Assembly (NCBI RefSeq): GCF_964355755.1
Contig: NC_092679.1
Location: 14,925,432-14,989,431 of the forward strand
DNA from: Antedon mediterranea
Taxonomy: Eukaryota; Animalia; Echinodermata
Direction of reading: 5' to 3'
DNA length: 64,000 nucleotides
The notes under the pieces are model-generated. The model was not told the DNA's origin. It saw only the letters and a list, made by a program, of their open reading frames with translations, and searched no databases. Position 1 is the first letter of the stretch, and every line of letters starts with the position of its first letter. Position numbers and translations under genes: made by a program. This document shows, in pieces, positions 1-12,152 of this stretch.

Positions 1-3000
1 GTCTTCTTCAACAACTACAATCTACAGTGTTTTTGCCCTTATTCTACAACTATTATCTATAGTATAATTACTTTTTCATCTTTTTCTACAATTTCTGTAT
101 AATACAATCTTTAAAAATAAGTTTGCCTGTTCCACAACTACTGTACGTGTACAATAACAACATAAAATTTGGAGTATGTATGTAAAGATGTATTGTCCCC
201 AAAACAGAAAAAATGACGATGAATATGACATCATTATGTAGTCTTTATTAAAGTTTTTAAATTTCACCAGAAAGCAGAAAAAAAAAAAAACATAATATAC
301 AAATTTCTCTGTATAAGTTTACGGTTTAAGCCATTTTTAAATTTCACCATAAAGAAAATCAATAAATTTAATAACCAGCCTGTTGCCTTCCAGACTATGG
401 GCTTTCAGTTTGGTCAAAGTGTATCATAATCTCTAAGTCATGATGTCTTCAGTCCCTACACTATGTTTTAAATTAAATTGATTAAATTATTATTTAATTA
501 TTTAAATTTATTTATTAAATATGTTTTCCTTACTTTTGAACATTCAGATTGAATTTTAAACTAAAGTGTATACAGTAAAAATGTATATAAAACAGTTAGA
601 TGTTGCTAGGCAACCACAAGCAAAAAAGATAACCCATAAATTATTTGCAGGTACAGTATTCACATGGGATAGCCCCATTATTGAAGAGTGTTGGTGGAAT
701 AATGAAAGAACCTGAGCATTGCAAACACGATAGGCCTAAGTATTGTAATACCATGGTCCTGTCCTATTTATTTTGTTAGCTTAAAAGCTAAGCCTATTCA
801 GATTATAATTATCTAACACAAAATGAAAGGCTGAGCTTCTTGTGTTCATTTACAATAGAAACCTTAAGTGTTTGAAAAGTACTAGGCCTGTACAATTTCT
901 TGATTCATCAGGTTTATTTCTGACACAAATTCAATCAAGTTTTAAGATTCCTGTAATATTTTCTAAGTGCTAAAAATAGACACCCTGAAATGGCCATCAC
1001 AGAACATGACCATTATTATACACTGTCATGTCAACAAACAACAAAAGTTATTGGGCCAGGTTTACTGTATGCTAAAACAGGCCCAAGAAATATAAATAGT
1101 TAAAAATAAATTTCAAAATTAAAATATAAAGCATTATACACACAAAAAAGTGCTAGCTTACATGGATTTAAACCAATAAATGCCCTATTCTTCTCGAACA
1201 GCAAGATATCATACTCTTATCTTGCTGTTTCAAAAGAATAGGGCATTTGCCGGTTTATCCCGGTAAAGCTAGGCACAAAATAGAATGGCCATTACGCCGT
1301 CACAATGTACAACTAGAAAAAAAAATATTTTCAATATTTAATCAGAATGACTTCAAAACTATTGAATTTTTCAATTACTAATGACATAATAGTTGAAAAC
1401 CCTACTGTATATGAACTTGACCATGATGGAACTATAGTATTTTTTTAAGAACACTGAAAATAGTCAATTTCATTTAATAATTACATTTTTTTTCTACTAG
1501 TTATAAGTCTGCTGTCTTTAACAAAAGTTTTCTTTGTTTTCAATATGTGAATAAATAAAAGACACATTTTAAATTTGAAATAAACAAACAGTTTTACAAA
1601 ATTCTGTACTATAGTAAATCAAATGGATCTTTAATGTGACATTATGTTAACACTAACTCCATCTCCCACTAAGGTGAACTTTGACACAATTCCACATTTT
1701 AGTTTGTTTATAATGGGATGAAAGTATTGTATACAGTAAATCAAAAATTTCAATGATATTCACAACCAAAAAAATATGAAAGTACAATATTCTATTACAG
1801 TGCCATTTAAAACTTGATTAATCATTTACTAGCACCATCTGACCATTTGCCTAAAATATTTTACCCTAACGAAGCCATTTAACAAATAACTGTTATACCA
1901 ACTGTTATATCAATTGAAAACATTTGCTATATTTGTTCATCTATCAATGAATGGATAAGTGTTTGTCTTGTATGTGGGTACTTCATACAACTATTTGAAC
2001 ATAGAAAGATAATGTTTAAACAAGAATCCCAAGTGCCCAAGTGAAATGTTACTACAGTATTCACGAAAGCTTATCCTTGAATGTTGCATAAAGAGTCTAG
2101 AATTTTTACCCCAGTGTTGGGAAGAAGGTCGTGAAAAAGGGACCACTCAAATGTATAGCTGTAGTTGAGATTTAATCAATTTTAATTGTTTTTTGGGGGT
2201 TTGTGCTGTGAAATCAGAAATTTTCCAAAAAACTGAGATGTTTCACCTAAAAAAAAACAGAAGTCTCCTTTTATAGTTCTAGTTGTAATCTAATCAATAT
2301 TAATTGGTTTGAAGGGGTTAGCTCAGGTTTTTTTGAGTTTGTGCGATATTTGTGCAGTTGCACAAGGTTTGCGCAGTTTAGCAATACCCACTAAAATAAC
2401 AAAATATGCAGACATTAGTGTTGTAGGCCTACCAATGTATTGGTATTGGTATTGGAACCCATGGACATCAATACTATTTCAATCAAATCAACCCCCATAC
2501 TCCATTACAATAAGATTTATGTCTTGTTTGTAGAAAATGTTTTATTCTGTACAGTACATTAATAACTCTGCACTTTTCTTGTAGGAGATTTTAAAAGGAA
2601 ACAATTTATATTTCATATGAATCTAACAGTGAGAAAATCAACAATTATAGGATTGATAAACTACATAATTTATCGTGCTTAAATATAAAACCTACAGTAT
2701 ATCTCATATGATGGTAAGGTAGACCAGAATTGTAACTCATGTCTCTTTCTACTGCACTACGATAATGGTGTAGAAAGAGCCGTGAGGTACAACCCTGGTC
2801 AGGATTAAACACTGTACTTTGGGATTGGAAGGCAACAAGCTACAGTACAGCTCCAAAAATTCATAGCTGAAAACTGTCGGCCTACATACAGTGCATTCCA
2901 TGCAGCATCTCCAAAAAACTAAACCACATTAATACCACTTATTACTTAATATGATTCAATTTTATTTGTCATTTTAAAATGGTACAGTACATCTTCAAAC

Positions 3001-3996
3001 ATTTAAAATTCTAAAATGTATATAATAATAAAATTATTACTATATAAAAATATCTAAGCATACTTGAGATATATAATTTAAAACAATTATTTATTATTAT
3101 CCAACATCCACTACCAGTAAAGTAGGCTAGAATATTTTATTACAAAAGCTGCAGATGCCTTGGGCGTATGATGTCTGAACAACTATTTTCTTTGCACACA
3201 CATACCAATTGTTATTATACAATTCCTATTAAAGGCAATCCATGCTTGAATAAATTTGTTTATGCTTTATGTACAATGTTCTATGGTGGATTATCAATTT
3301 TGAAATCCAATACTGTAATTTGACTTGCCATATTGTTCAGTATTTTATTATAAAGCATAATAATTTACCATAATATGGTGAATTTGTAGGCCAATACTGG
3401 TTTACACAGGTAATAGTTAGATTAAGAAACCTATACGTTATTCAATAAACTAAAAATGTACTGTATTATTAGGCCTAATTGTGGGTGAATGGTTGTAGTT
3501 ATTATCATAAAAAATGCCACAGTTTTCATGTACTATGAAATATTCACAATTCCTATGGAAAACATACAAAGTGGCAACGATCACTACAGAAAAACATGTA
3601 AATTATGAAAAATTATGGATTATGGATGTGAGAAAGCACCGAACACACTAATTATTTAAAAATCACAAAAAAATCTCTCATTCTCATGTACTATGGAATC
3701 TCTATAATTATTACAGTGTGGAATTTGGCCCAATGGATGTGTGGGAATGGAGACACTATGGAAAATGCATACAAACAATGAAAAATTATGATTGTGACTG
3801 TGAGAAACCCCAGTATTAAGGACAAATCAAAGACCCACACACAACCAAAAAGCTCTCCTTCTGGGTTTTTCCCAACCAGACAAGTATCAAAACGGGTCTG
3901 TCAGTCAGAAAATTATTCTATGCACCTGATCATTTTAAAATCATTATTAGAATTCAAGAGAAGTTTAAACCTTTTGTAATTATTTAGTAAACTTTA

Positions 3997-4913
3997 GGGT
4001 ATGTTCAGATTCACGGAGTTACGGTGGAGTTCTATATGCAAGGCGTACGGTAATCCGTGGCATTAAAAGCCAAGGTGTTCAGACACAACGATCAACATTC
4101 CAATGCCTTGCGTTTAAAACACTCTGATCAGGTCAAAGCAGATAGAACTATATGTATACATTCATGACAATGCATGAAAGTTACCATCGTTTACATTGTT
4201 TTTTTGTTTTTTTATTTATATAATGTTTACCTTCAAATATACTGATTTGTTCTTACTACTTGTAGAATTGCATTTTAATTCAAAATAATTTAAAACGTAA
4301 TTGTTACACAGACAATTATCTAATTAATTAATCATATTACTGAGGCCAACTTTACTGTTCTTTAAAATCTGAACCTGAAAATACATTTGACATAGCTATT
4401 TCGCTGTCAATAGGGTACGGGTATGTAGTTGCTGTCTGCTAATCGTGGTCGTGTATTTTCATTGGTTGAGGTTAAAATCACTGAGGCATCACTGGATTAG
4501 CGTTATGAAATCTACCCTCTCCCGCTAGAGTTATTAACGCCACTTGAGCGGAGTAACAGCTCCCTAACGCTAATCCGCGGCATAGTTCAGACACAAAAAT
4601 ATGTACGCCGCTTACATAACTCCACCGTAACTCCGTGAGTCTGAAAATACCCTAAGCAAGCATTGGCAGGGTTGAAAACGTCTCTTGGATTCTTAAGTAA
4701 TTTGGCACAATTACTTATTATACTACACAAAACGGCAGCAGCAGCCTGTTTTTAGAGATGGTCACTGATAGTCACAGATATACAAATCAGAATGTCCACT
4801 GGCGCGGAGTAACAGCTCCCTAACGCTAATCCGGGGTATGGTTCAGACACAAAAATATGTACGCCGCTTACATACAGTAACTCCACCGTAACTCTGTGAG
4901 TCTGAACATACCC
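3997..4913. mobile_element. PIF/Harbinger-like MITE with a duplicated right end
   Basis: Left TIR GGGTATGTTCAGATTCACGGAGTTACGGTGGAGTT at 3997. The reverse-complement end occurs twice, ending at 4652 (followed by TAA) and 4913 (followed by TTA). The left flank is TTA, consistent with a 3-bp TWA TSD. Confidence 0.7.
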
Positions 4914-5107
4914 TTAGTCTTATTTCAGCGCAAGTAGGCCAAAGGTAATGATACATTTTCAATGAACTGCATTTATAGTAACAGAAACCTGTATTTTTAT
5001 TGTTGTTCATTGTTGATTAAACCAGCTACTGGTACTATTTGAATATTAAATTGGTTACGTTGAAGATCCATTCAATAAATTTGAGATTAAAAAAAAGAAT
5101 ATTACTA

Positions 5108-5308
5108 AAGCGTGGTTCCCACTAGTGACACTGCGTAATGCAACGCAATGACGTATTGATGCAAAGTGCAGTATTGCATAATCACAAGTGGGAACCGACG
5201 AAGCAACAATGCTGCAAACATCGCAGGTTTGATTTCACGCAGGCGGGGGAAAACACAATTATTGGAAGGCCTTGTTCTTACGTTGCGTTGCTAGTGAGAA
5301 CCAAGCTA
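5108..5308. mobile_element. Short MITE with AGC(G/T)TGGTTCCCACTAG termini; relatives at ~29128 and ~32104-32258
   Basis: Imperfect TIRs AGCGTGGTTCCCACTAG / CTAGTGAGAACCAAGCT. Similar termini recur elsewhere in the window. Confidence 0.55.
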
Positions 5309-6060
5309 AAAAAGTAAATAAATCTTAATAAAGCCAAATGTACAGTACAGTATACTCAATACAATATACTGTAGTACTACTTCTTCATCTGTATCTCCTT
5401 GTTGTGGTTAAACACAGTTAGTTCTTTGTCAGTAAATTAAGATCAGCTGACCTATAATGTCTTAAGTTCAGATCTTAAGCCAGACCTAAGTCATTATTAA
5501 AGCATTACCCTTCTTTAATGGCTAATGCATCTGTGTCTTGGAATCGAATATGTTTAAATAATTGTATTGTTTTTATTTGAACACAGACCATGTTGTAAGG
5601 GATGGAATATTCTCTATTCCCCCCCCCCCCCCACCACCCCAAATAATTGTTTAAATCATAAAATTTTGAATTTTCAGTATTTGTATAATATTCTTTAAAA
5701 TACAAAAAGAAACACTCAGAATTACTTAGGTAACATTATAGCATGTAAAGCAACATAAATTTCATAAAAAATATTATTGTTTTTTTATTGTTTACTGCTC
5801 AATAAAGTTATATTCTGAAGTAGTTTTTAAGTCAAAATCATTTGAATGTACATTTGCAATGTGTAAACAAACCTCTGTGTATACAGTATGCATTCACACT
5901 GTGACTGAACAAATATACATTGTTGTGCTCCATAGGACCTCATTCACACTGTGACTGTACAAACATACATTGTTGTACTTCATGGAACCTTTATAGCATT
6001 AAGCTCCTACAGGTATTTGACCCCTCTTTCTTCTTGTAAAATAAGCGACAAAAAGCTTAC

Positions 6061-6136
6061 CTGCTAAGTGTTTGATTGTGCTGCTGATCTGCCGGCTTGG
6101 GCCTCTTCCTCCGAGTGCATTCCGAAAATGTGCCAT
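6061..6136 (-). CDS. Putative first coding exon of an unidentified gene continuing beyond the window start (MAHFRNALGGRGPSRQISSTIKHLA)
   Basis: Exon 6061-6361 is bounded by a strong acceptor (ttcactttactctcttccactcAG) and donor (CAG|GTAAG). ATG at 6136 is open to the donor. A further upstream donor GTAAGT lies at 7416-7421. No homology recognised. Confidence 0.35.
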
Positions 6137-8983
6137 ATCAATGGGTACTATTTAAATTTCCAAAATTAATTTGCACCTATTCCAAACAGTACACCTTTCT
6201 ATATTATAATCCTAGTATCACTTCCTTCTTGATGTTGCAAGAGTTACGATTGCGTTACCATAGAAATGTTCATAAGGTTGATTAAAAGGCAGTAAAGTTG
6301 GTGGCATACTTGGTTGCTATGTAGGGCAACTTGAACTTGTTTAGCCTTTGCTGTTTGAAACCTGAGTGGAAGAGAGTAAAGTGAATTATAGACAGGGCCT
6401 CAAGGGAGACCTACAGAGAGGAATGCTATAGGCCTACAGTATAACACAGTCACTGCAGTGTGATGTTATATACACCAAGCCAGATTGCCTTGCTTTTACA
6501 CCTATTACTGCAACTTGTTGATTCTCATATTATTATTACTCCATGATAGGCCTACTCTATGTATAAATAACTCAAAAGAAACAAGACATTTATCATTAAT
6601 TTTTTAAACAGAAAAGCAATTTAATTCTAAATCGCATTAGCAGCCTCCATCTGCCATTGTGCTTAATTTTTTTCAGTATATAAAAAAATAATCAAGTACT
6701 GTAAATGTTCAATATTACGTTAACAGTATCCTATAATATCACTACATGACAAAATAATTATGAAGCTGAACACATAACAGCCTTATTAATGAAATGAAAT
6801 GGTAGTAACATTTAATAATAACTGTATAGAATGTGTGTTTTAATAGTAAATTAACCGATATACTATCGTACAAAGAATAAGATTATATTTATTATTAAAA
6901 TTAATAATTACACTCTATACGTCGTATTGTAAATATAATATAACCCAATTATGAAACATTGTAATGAACTGAGTAAATAATCAACAAGTTCATGTAAGGA
7001 TATTCTAGACAAACAATTTGTATTGAAAACAAATGTGGGTTTCAAAGTCCGTAATAAAGATTAAATGTGTAAATATAATTAACAAAATAATTAATCATTG
7101 TTGATTGATTCCGAATGATAGTAATAAACTTGATAAACATGTTTTATAATCAATGGCAAACAACAAGAACAAACATTAAAAACATGTAATTCTACTGCAA
7201 AGTAAATACAGATACGCGACAGATACACATAAAGAAATTTACATGGTTGCAGTTCAAGAATGATATTGAAACTTTATTTTAAATTTATTCAAAATAAGTC
7301 AAAAAAGCTTTATCTGAAAAAAACAATTAATATATTAAATAACAATGTAAAGAACATCAAACAAATGTAGGCCTACAGTTAACTGAAAGATGTACTGTAT
7401 GTGTTCTTTTACTGTACTTACACTGACCGGGTACAAGTCCTATATCCGTGAAAACAAAAATTAATTTGCCTTTATGCATCTGCTGGCGTGAGTCTTTTTT
7501 TAAAATCCAAAATCAAGCTCTTACACCACACACATAAAATCTCACACTTTTCCAACAATCTTAAACTTTTTTTTCCAAATTATTCAAACATTTTGAGGGT
7601 TTGGGCGGTGGTTAGGGACAGTGAGTGGATGGGATGTGGTGTTATATTTGGGAAATCCAGCAGCAATCTCAAACTTGACCTCACTCAGTGATAATAATAA
7701 TAACATTGACAAAATATTTCAATCTACTGTATATTTAAATTACACAATATTTGGCATATTAATACAGTTCATCTGTATATTGTCAATAATAGTAGATTGA
7801 ACACAGATTTCCAACTGGCACAGCACTTTGTTTTTTGTATCTCTTACACTTTGAAAATTGTTCCTGGTCCCCTGGACAATTATGATGCAGTCAATGTATG
7901 GTTAAAAATGTAGGCCTAACTTTGACAGCAGATGATGGATGAAGTGGATGGATGATGATGGTGACCGTTTCCTTCTCTTCTTCTAGCTAGGTCTCCCTCT
8001 CATCACATTAGAGTTACTACAAAAGTAGGCCTACCCTATACTATCATAAAAGATCACTGGATTTACAACTTAAAAATACATACCAACAATTTATATCTTC
8101 AATATGAAATAATATATCCCATATAATACGACTTGAGTTTGTTGACCTTCCAAATGACAGGCCGTTATATTTTAAGAACTACCGCCTTGTTGTACACTCG
8201 GCATGTCCAGTTGCATAATATTAAAATGAAAATGTAAACAATCGATAAATTCCAGACTTAACAATAGAGGGGGCTATTACACTTTTTTTTAAATATCAGG
8301 TAGCATTTTCTATTTCATTTAATGAAATATATTTTCTTTCACATTCTTTTTTCACTTTCAGTAAGAGTATAGTATAATAGTACCACGAGATTAATAAACT
8401 GACAAATTCATATCTAATACACAGTATTTAAAAATATAAATTTTCTGAAATCAAATATTTTGTATAATTTATTTAGTTCCATGAAAAATAACATTTGAGA
8501 AAATAAATAATCCAACCTATAACCCATGAAATTAGCAAATGAATATTTTAATTTTAAAATAATTAGCTATAGTTATATATAATAATATAATAAAACCTTT
8601 ATATCACTTATAAATTTTAAAATTGTAAAAATATATCAATCTAAATTCAAAGATCCAAATATCCATATTAATAGGCTTCAGAAAACGCCAAACAAGAATA
8701 GTTAACTGTCTTTAAATAAACAGTAATGTGAATTGAAATTGTATTTAAACAATTTGAATTCAATTTTCACTAAGAGCATTCGGAAAAAGATAATCCTCAA
8801 TAGTTGTTGTTCAGCCAGAATCTGGCTATTCATGCAGACTGGGATTCAATGCTGATTTGCAATACCATCCGCTAGTGTGAACAAGGCCTTAGCAATAAAC
8901 TAAAAATGTAAATTTCAAGATCCATAACATGTTTGTTTGAGTGCAGTCTTTACAGTTTATATGCAATCTTGTTGGCAACATTT

Positions 8984-11578
8984 TCAATCATCCTAAAAGG
9001 TAAAATACATAACAATTAATTGATATTAAATACTGCATTCAATAGAATTATTATATACTTTTTGTTTAGGCTTTGAAACCTGGTAAGCAATCTGTTTTGC
9101 AAACTAAAACATTCAGTATACTCCAATCTCCATCTCCATCAACCGTGTATGGAAACACACGGTAACACATTTTACCAAACTTCTCTCCCATATTCAGTGG
9201 CGTAAGGTAGGGGGTAAAGTCCCCGGATTTAGCACTCCTAAGGGGACCTCCAACACTGGGTAGTTGCATTGGACTGCTCATGCTCTCGGCCCCTTAAGCT
9301 CTGGGGACTCTGGGTTTAAGTGTCTTACACACCTGTTCTGGCACAGTTCCGGTCTGGGACCGGCAAATCAAATTGAACTTCTATGTATCGTTTTCTCGAC
9401 GCTCTGCGCGGCTATGCGGCAATCGATATGTAGCCGCGTGAAAATGGACAATTGACATTCGATTTGATTTGTCTGTGCCAGTCCGGAGCCGTGCTGGAAC
9501 AGCATGGCTCGTTTAGCCAGTGAGCGCTCATAGCTGTTATAAACAAATACTGGTTGTACCATAACCTACCCATTCATCATCATCAGCTCCAGCGTTATCC
9601 TGATTTGAAACCTGATGAGGTGCATCCTGTTCCTTGGAAGCAAACACCTTATCCGTCCAAGACGCACCAACCTCAGCGCCACCAGCGTAGTTACACACTC
9701 TGGTAGACACATCATCTAATTTAGTAATAGAGACTAAAAAAGGACAAATAATTATTGTTTTACAAATCTGTTTTTTTTATATGAATGTTTAATGGTTGGG
9801 AGGAGAAACAGTATTTTACTATATCTAGTATTTTGAAAATATTTAAATTTATTGAAGCAAGATCAGTTCAACTGCACTTACATACGAATGGACTGTCATC
9901 AGCTGTTTTTAATCGGATTGTTTCTTCATTGGCTATTTCCATTTTGTCCATGTCAGACTCCAATATCCAGAATGCTCCACAATCTTTTGGAGTGTGAGTG
10001 TCTGTTATAGAGGCTAATGGTGCTTTCTTTATTGTCTTTAAGACGTCAGAAAATTCAACCCTGTCTGTTTTACCTTTTGGGTCAAGTTCTGAAAAAGATT
10101 TGAACAACACATTTTAAAAATTATTAATTATCATACAGTATATATTAGATTCTTATTTATTTTCTTAATTCTGAAGTTCAAAGTAGAACATTCAAGAGAA
10201 AAACACAGAAAAGTATGACGACTTAATTCCATATTCTTAGCTACCATTGGTATCTATGTCAACAATAATTTTGGATCTACCAATATAGTACATACAAATA
10301 CAGTATAAAAAGTGAATTATATTTTATGGATTGATTAAGTTTATCCCGTGCTTGAATATAATCCCACCTCCTAATTTTAGGCTAATTACGGACACATTGA
10401 ATGCTAATGCAATTCGAGTATAATCCCACTCACTAGTTTTCCACAAAGCCCCTGGAACTATATTTGGTCATAAAGTATTTTTATCCTACACTATAATTTG
10501 TTTTCTTACTGTATGATGAATTGAGGTAGCCTGTGTTTGTAACCTGTTTAGCACTGAAGTTTGGTTCCATCTCTTCACCTTTATCAGTGAATTGTCGTCG
10601 ATGAGCTGTATGGCCTTGTATGTATAATACATAGTAGCGATACTACGTTAATAATAAAAGAAATACACAATAATTTCAAAAAGCTTTGAAAAACTAAAAA
10701 TGAAGATTAATCTGAGAAATTCAACCTATGAGAGGGCATATTTGGTCAAATTTTTAAAATTTATTTCTTCTTTATACAAAACTGTTTTCCTAGAGAGGGC
10801 CAAGCCCAGTACCATAATTGGCACACTGGGTGATGATTTCCTACTTTTTTTAAATAGTTACCAAGTTCTTTATCATGTACATGTGACCACGACTTAAGGT
10901 CCCATCCGAAGAATGAAGCTATATGATTGTAAATTAGGCTATTTAGTATTAGGAAGAAACTGTTGGAATATATTGTTATTTGTTTATTATCGAGGATGAT
11001 TTATTATTAAAGTTTATTGATTGTTATATTATATTGTTTGTTATATATACTGTTATTGAGGCGAAACTGTGTGCCAAATATTGTCAGACATTTTGTTAAA
11101 TAAATGTAGAAACTATTCGGTTAGCTACCTTTGTTTTTGTTGTATCATTTATAACATGTCTTGATTTACTTTTTAGAGTTCCTTCAATCAGAAAACCTTT
11201 GCCACTAAAAATTTAAAAAACAACACATTATGTAGGCCAAATTTATGAACTATTATAGACCTAATGTCAAATCAAATTGTACTTCTTTGTTTAATTAAAA
11301 TGACTAAATGGGTAAGATTCACCTACTTACTTGGTCTAGCCCTGTCAGTGTCGGTGTGTCTGGCCTAGGCTACTCACTGAGTGGAGTTTACTGTGCTAAC
11401 TAGGCCTACCTAGGGCCAGGCCTACCTATAAAGTTTAAACCTATCTATTCTAAGCCTTGATTGAAAAGACAGAAGGAAAGGCTTACATGCTATATTTTTC
11501 AGGCTTCCAAGGCTCGCCCCAATCATGGTTCAGCACAGGTATAGATTTTAATGATTCATTATGATACATTCGTGACAT
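8984..11578 (-). CDS. ARPIN: Arpin, Arp2/3 complex inhibitor (6 coding exons)
   Basis: Exons 11578-11487, 11204-11129, 10642-10510, 10088-9882, 9733-9570 and 8992-8984, all GT-AG and phase-consistent. Peptide MSRMYHNESL...YRYYVLYIQGHTAHRRQFTDKGEEMEPNFSA...TGYLNSSY...AFWILESDM...GASWTDKVFA...GADDDEW|DD* matches Arpin, including the acidic-Trp C-terminal motif. Confidence 0.93.
9197..9543. repeat. Dispersed repeat in the last Arpin intron; partial copy at ~62640-62750
   Basis: Shared blocks TTTAGCACTCCTAAG..CCTCCAAC..GTTGCATT..GGACTGCTCATGCTCT and GTTTAGCCAGTGAGCG.TCATAGC.GTTA occur at both positions. Confidence 0.55.
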
Positions 11579-11599
11579 TATAAATAATTAAATTGTCAA

Positions 11600-11775
11600 A
11601 CAACAACATCAATCGCTATGTAAACAACGAAAGAGTAAAACCCCAAACCCGGAAGTAATCCAGATGCGCTTACAAGTGACCTTTAAACTGAAATTACGTC
11701 ATATTCTGACAGGGGAAATCCCCTGTCATGTTTATTATTAGTGGTGTGTCTTTCGTTTCCATTTCCACGTCAGGT
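11600..11775. promoter_or_regulatory. Bidirectional promoter (Arpin / 2OG oxygenase) with ETS, CRE-like and palindromic kB motifs
   Basis: The two ATGs are only 575 bp apart and divergent. CCGGAAGT at ~11649, TTACGTCA at ~11694, and TGACAGGGGAAATCCCCTGTCA at 11707-11728. Confidence 0.6.
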
Positions 11776-12152
11776 ATTGTATAAAGTACTATATATAACG
11801 AGAACCTAATTATAAATTATTATTTATTGGTTAATGCTGAATATAGACGTTACTTTTGCACTAATGTTTAAGAGTTTAAGCGACCGGTTGTTTTCATCGG
11901 ACTCATCAAACAAAGTAAGTCAGGCTAGCCAAGCCTAAATGAAGAGGCATGAGGCCTAAATTAAAGGCTGGTCCACCAAGCCTGGTTCAATTATTATGTA
12001 CTTAAGAACAACGATAAACAGACTGTTTATCGTTGTTCTTTCAGATCCATTTTTTTACGAGAGAGCACTAAAATTTAATATTAATTAATAGTCTGTTAAA
12101 AATGAATTAAAAAAAATAATATAAGATTTCATTATTTTTTGTTTTCTTTTAG

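Noticed and set aside
6061-6361. AP3S2 orthologue downstream of Arpin, as in the vertebrate read-through locus
   Set aside because: The encoded peptide does not resemble an AP-3 sigma subunit N-terminus.
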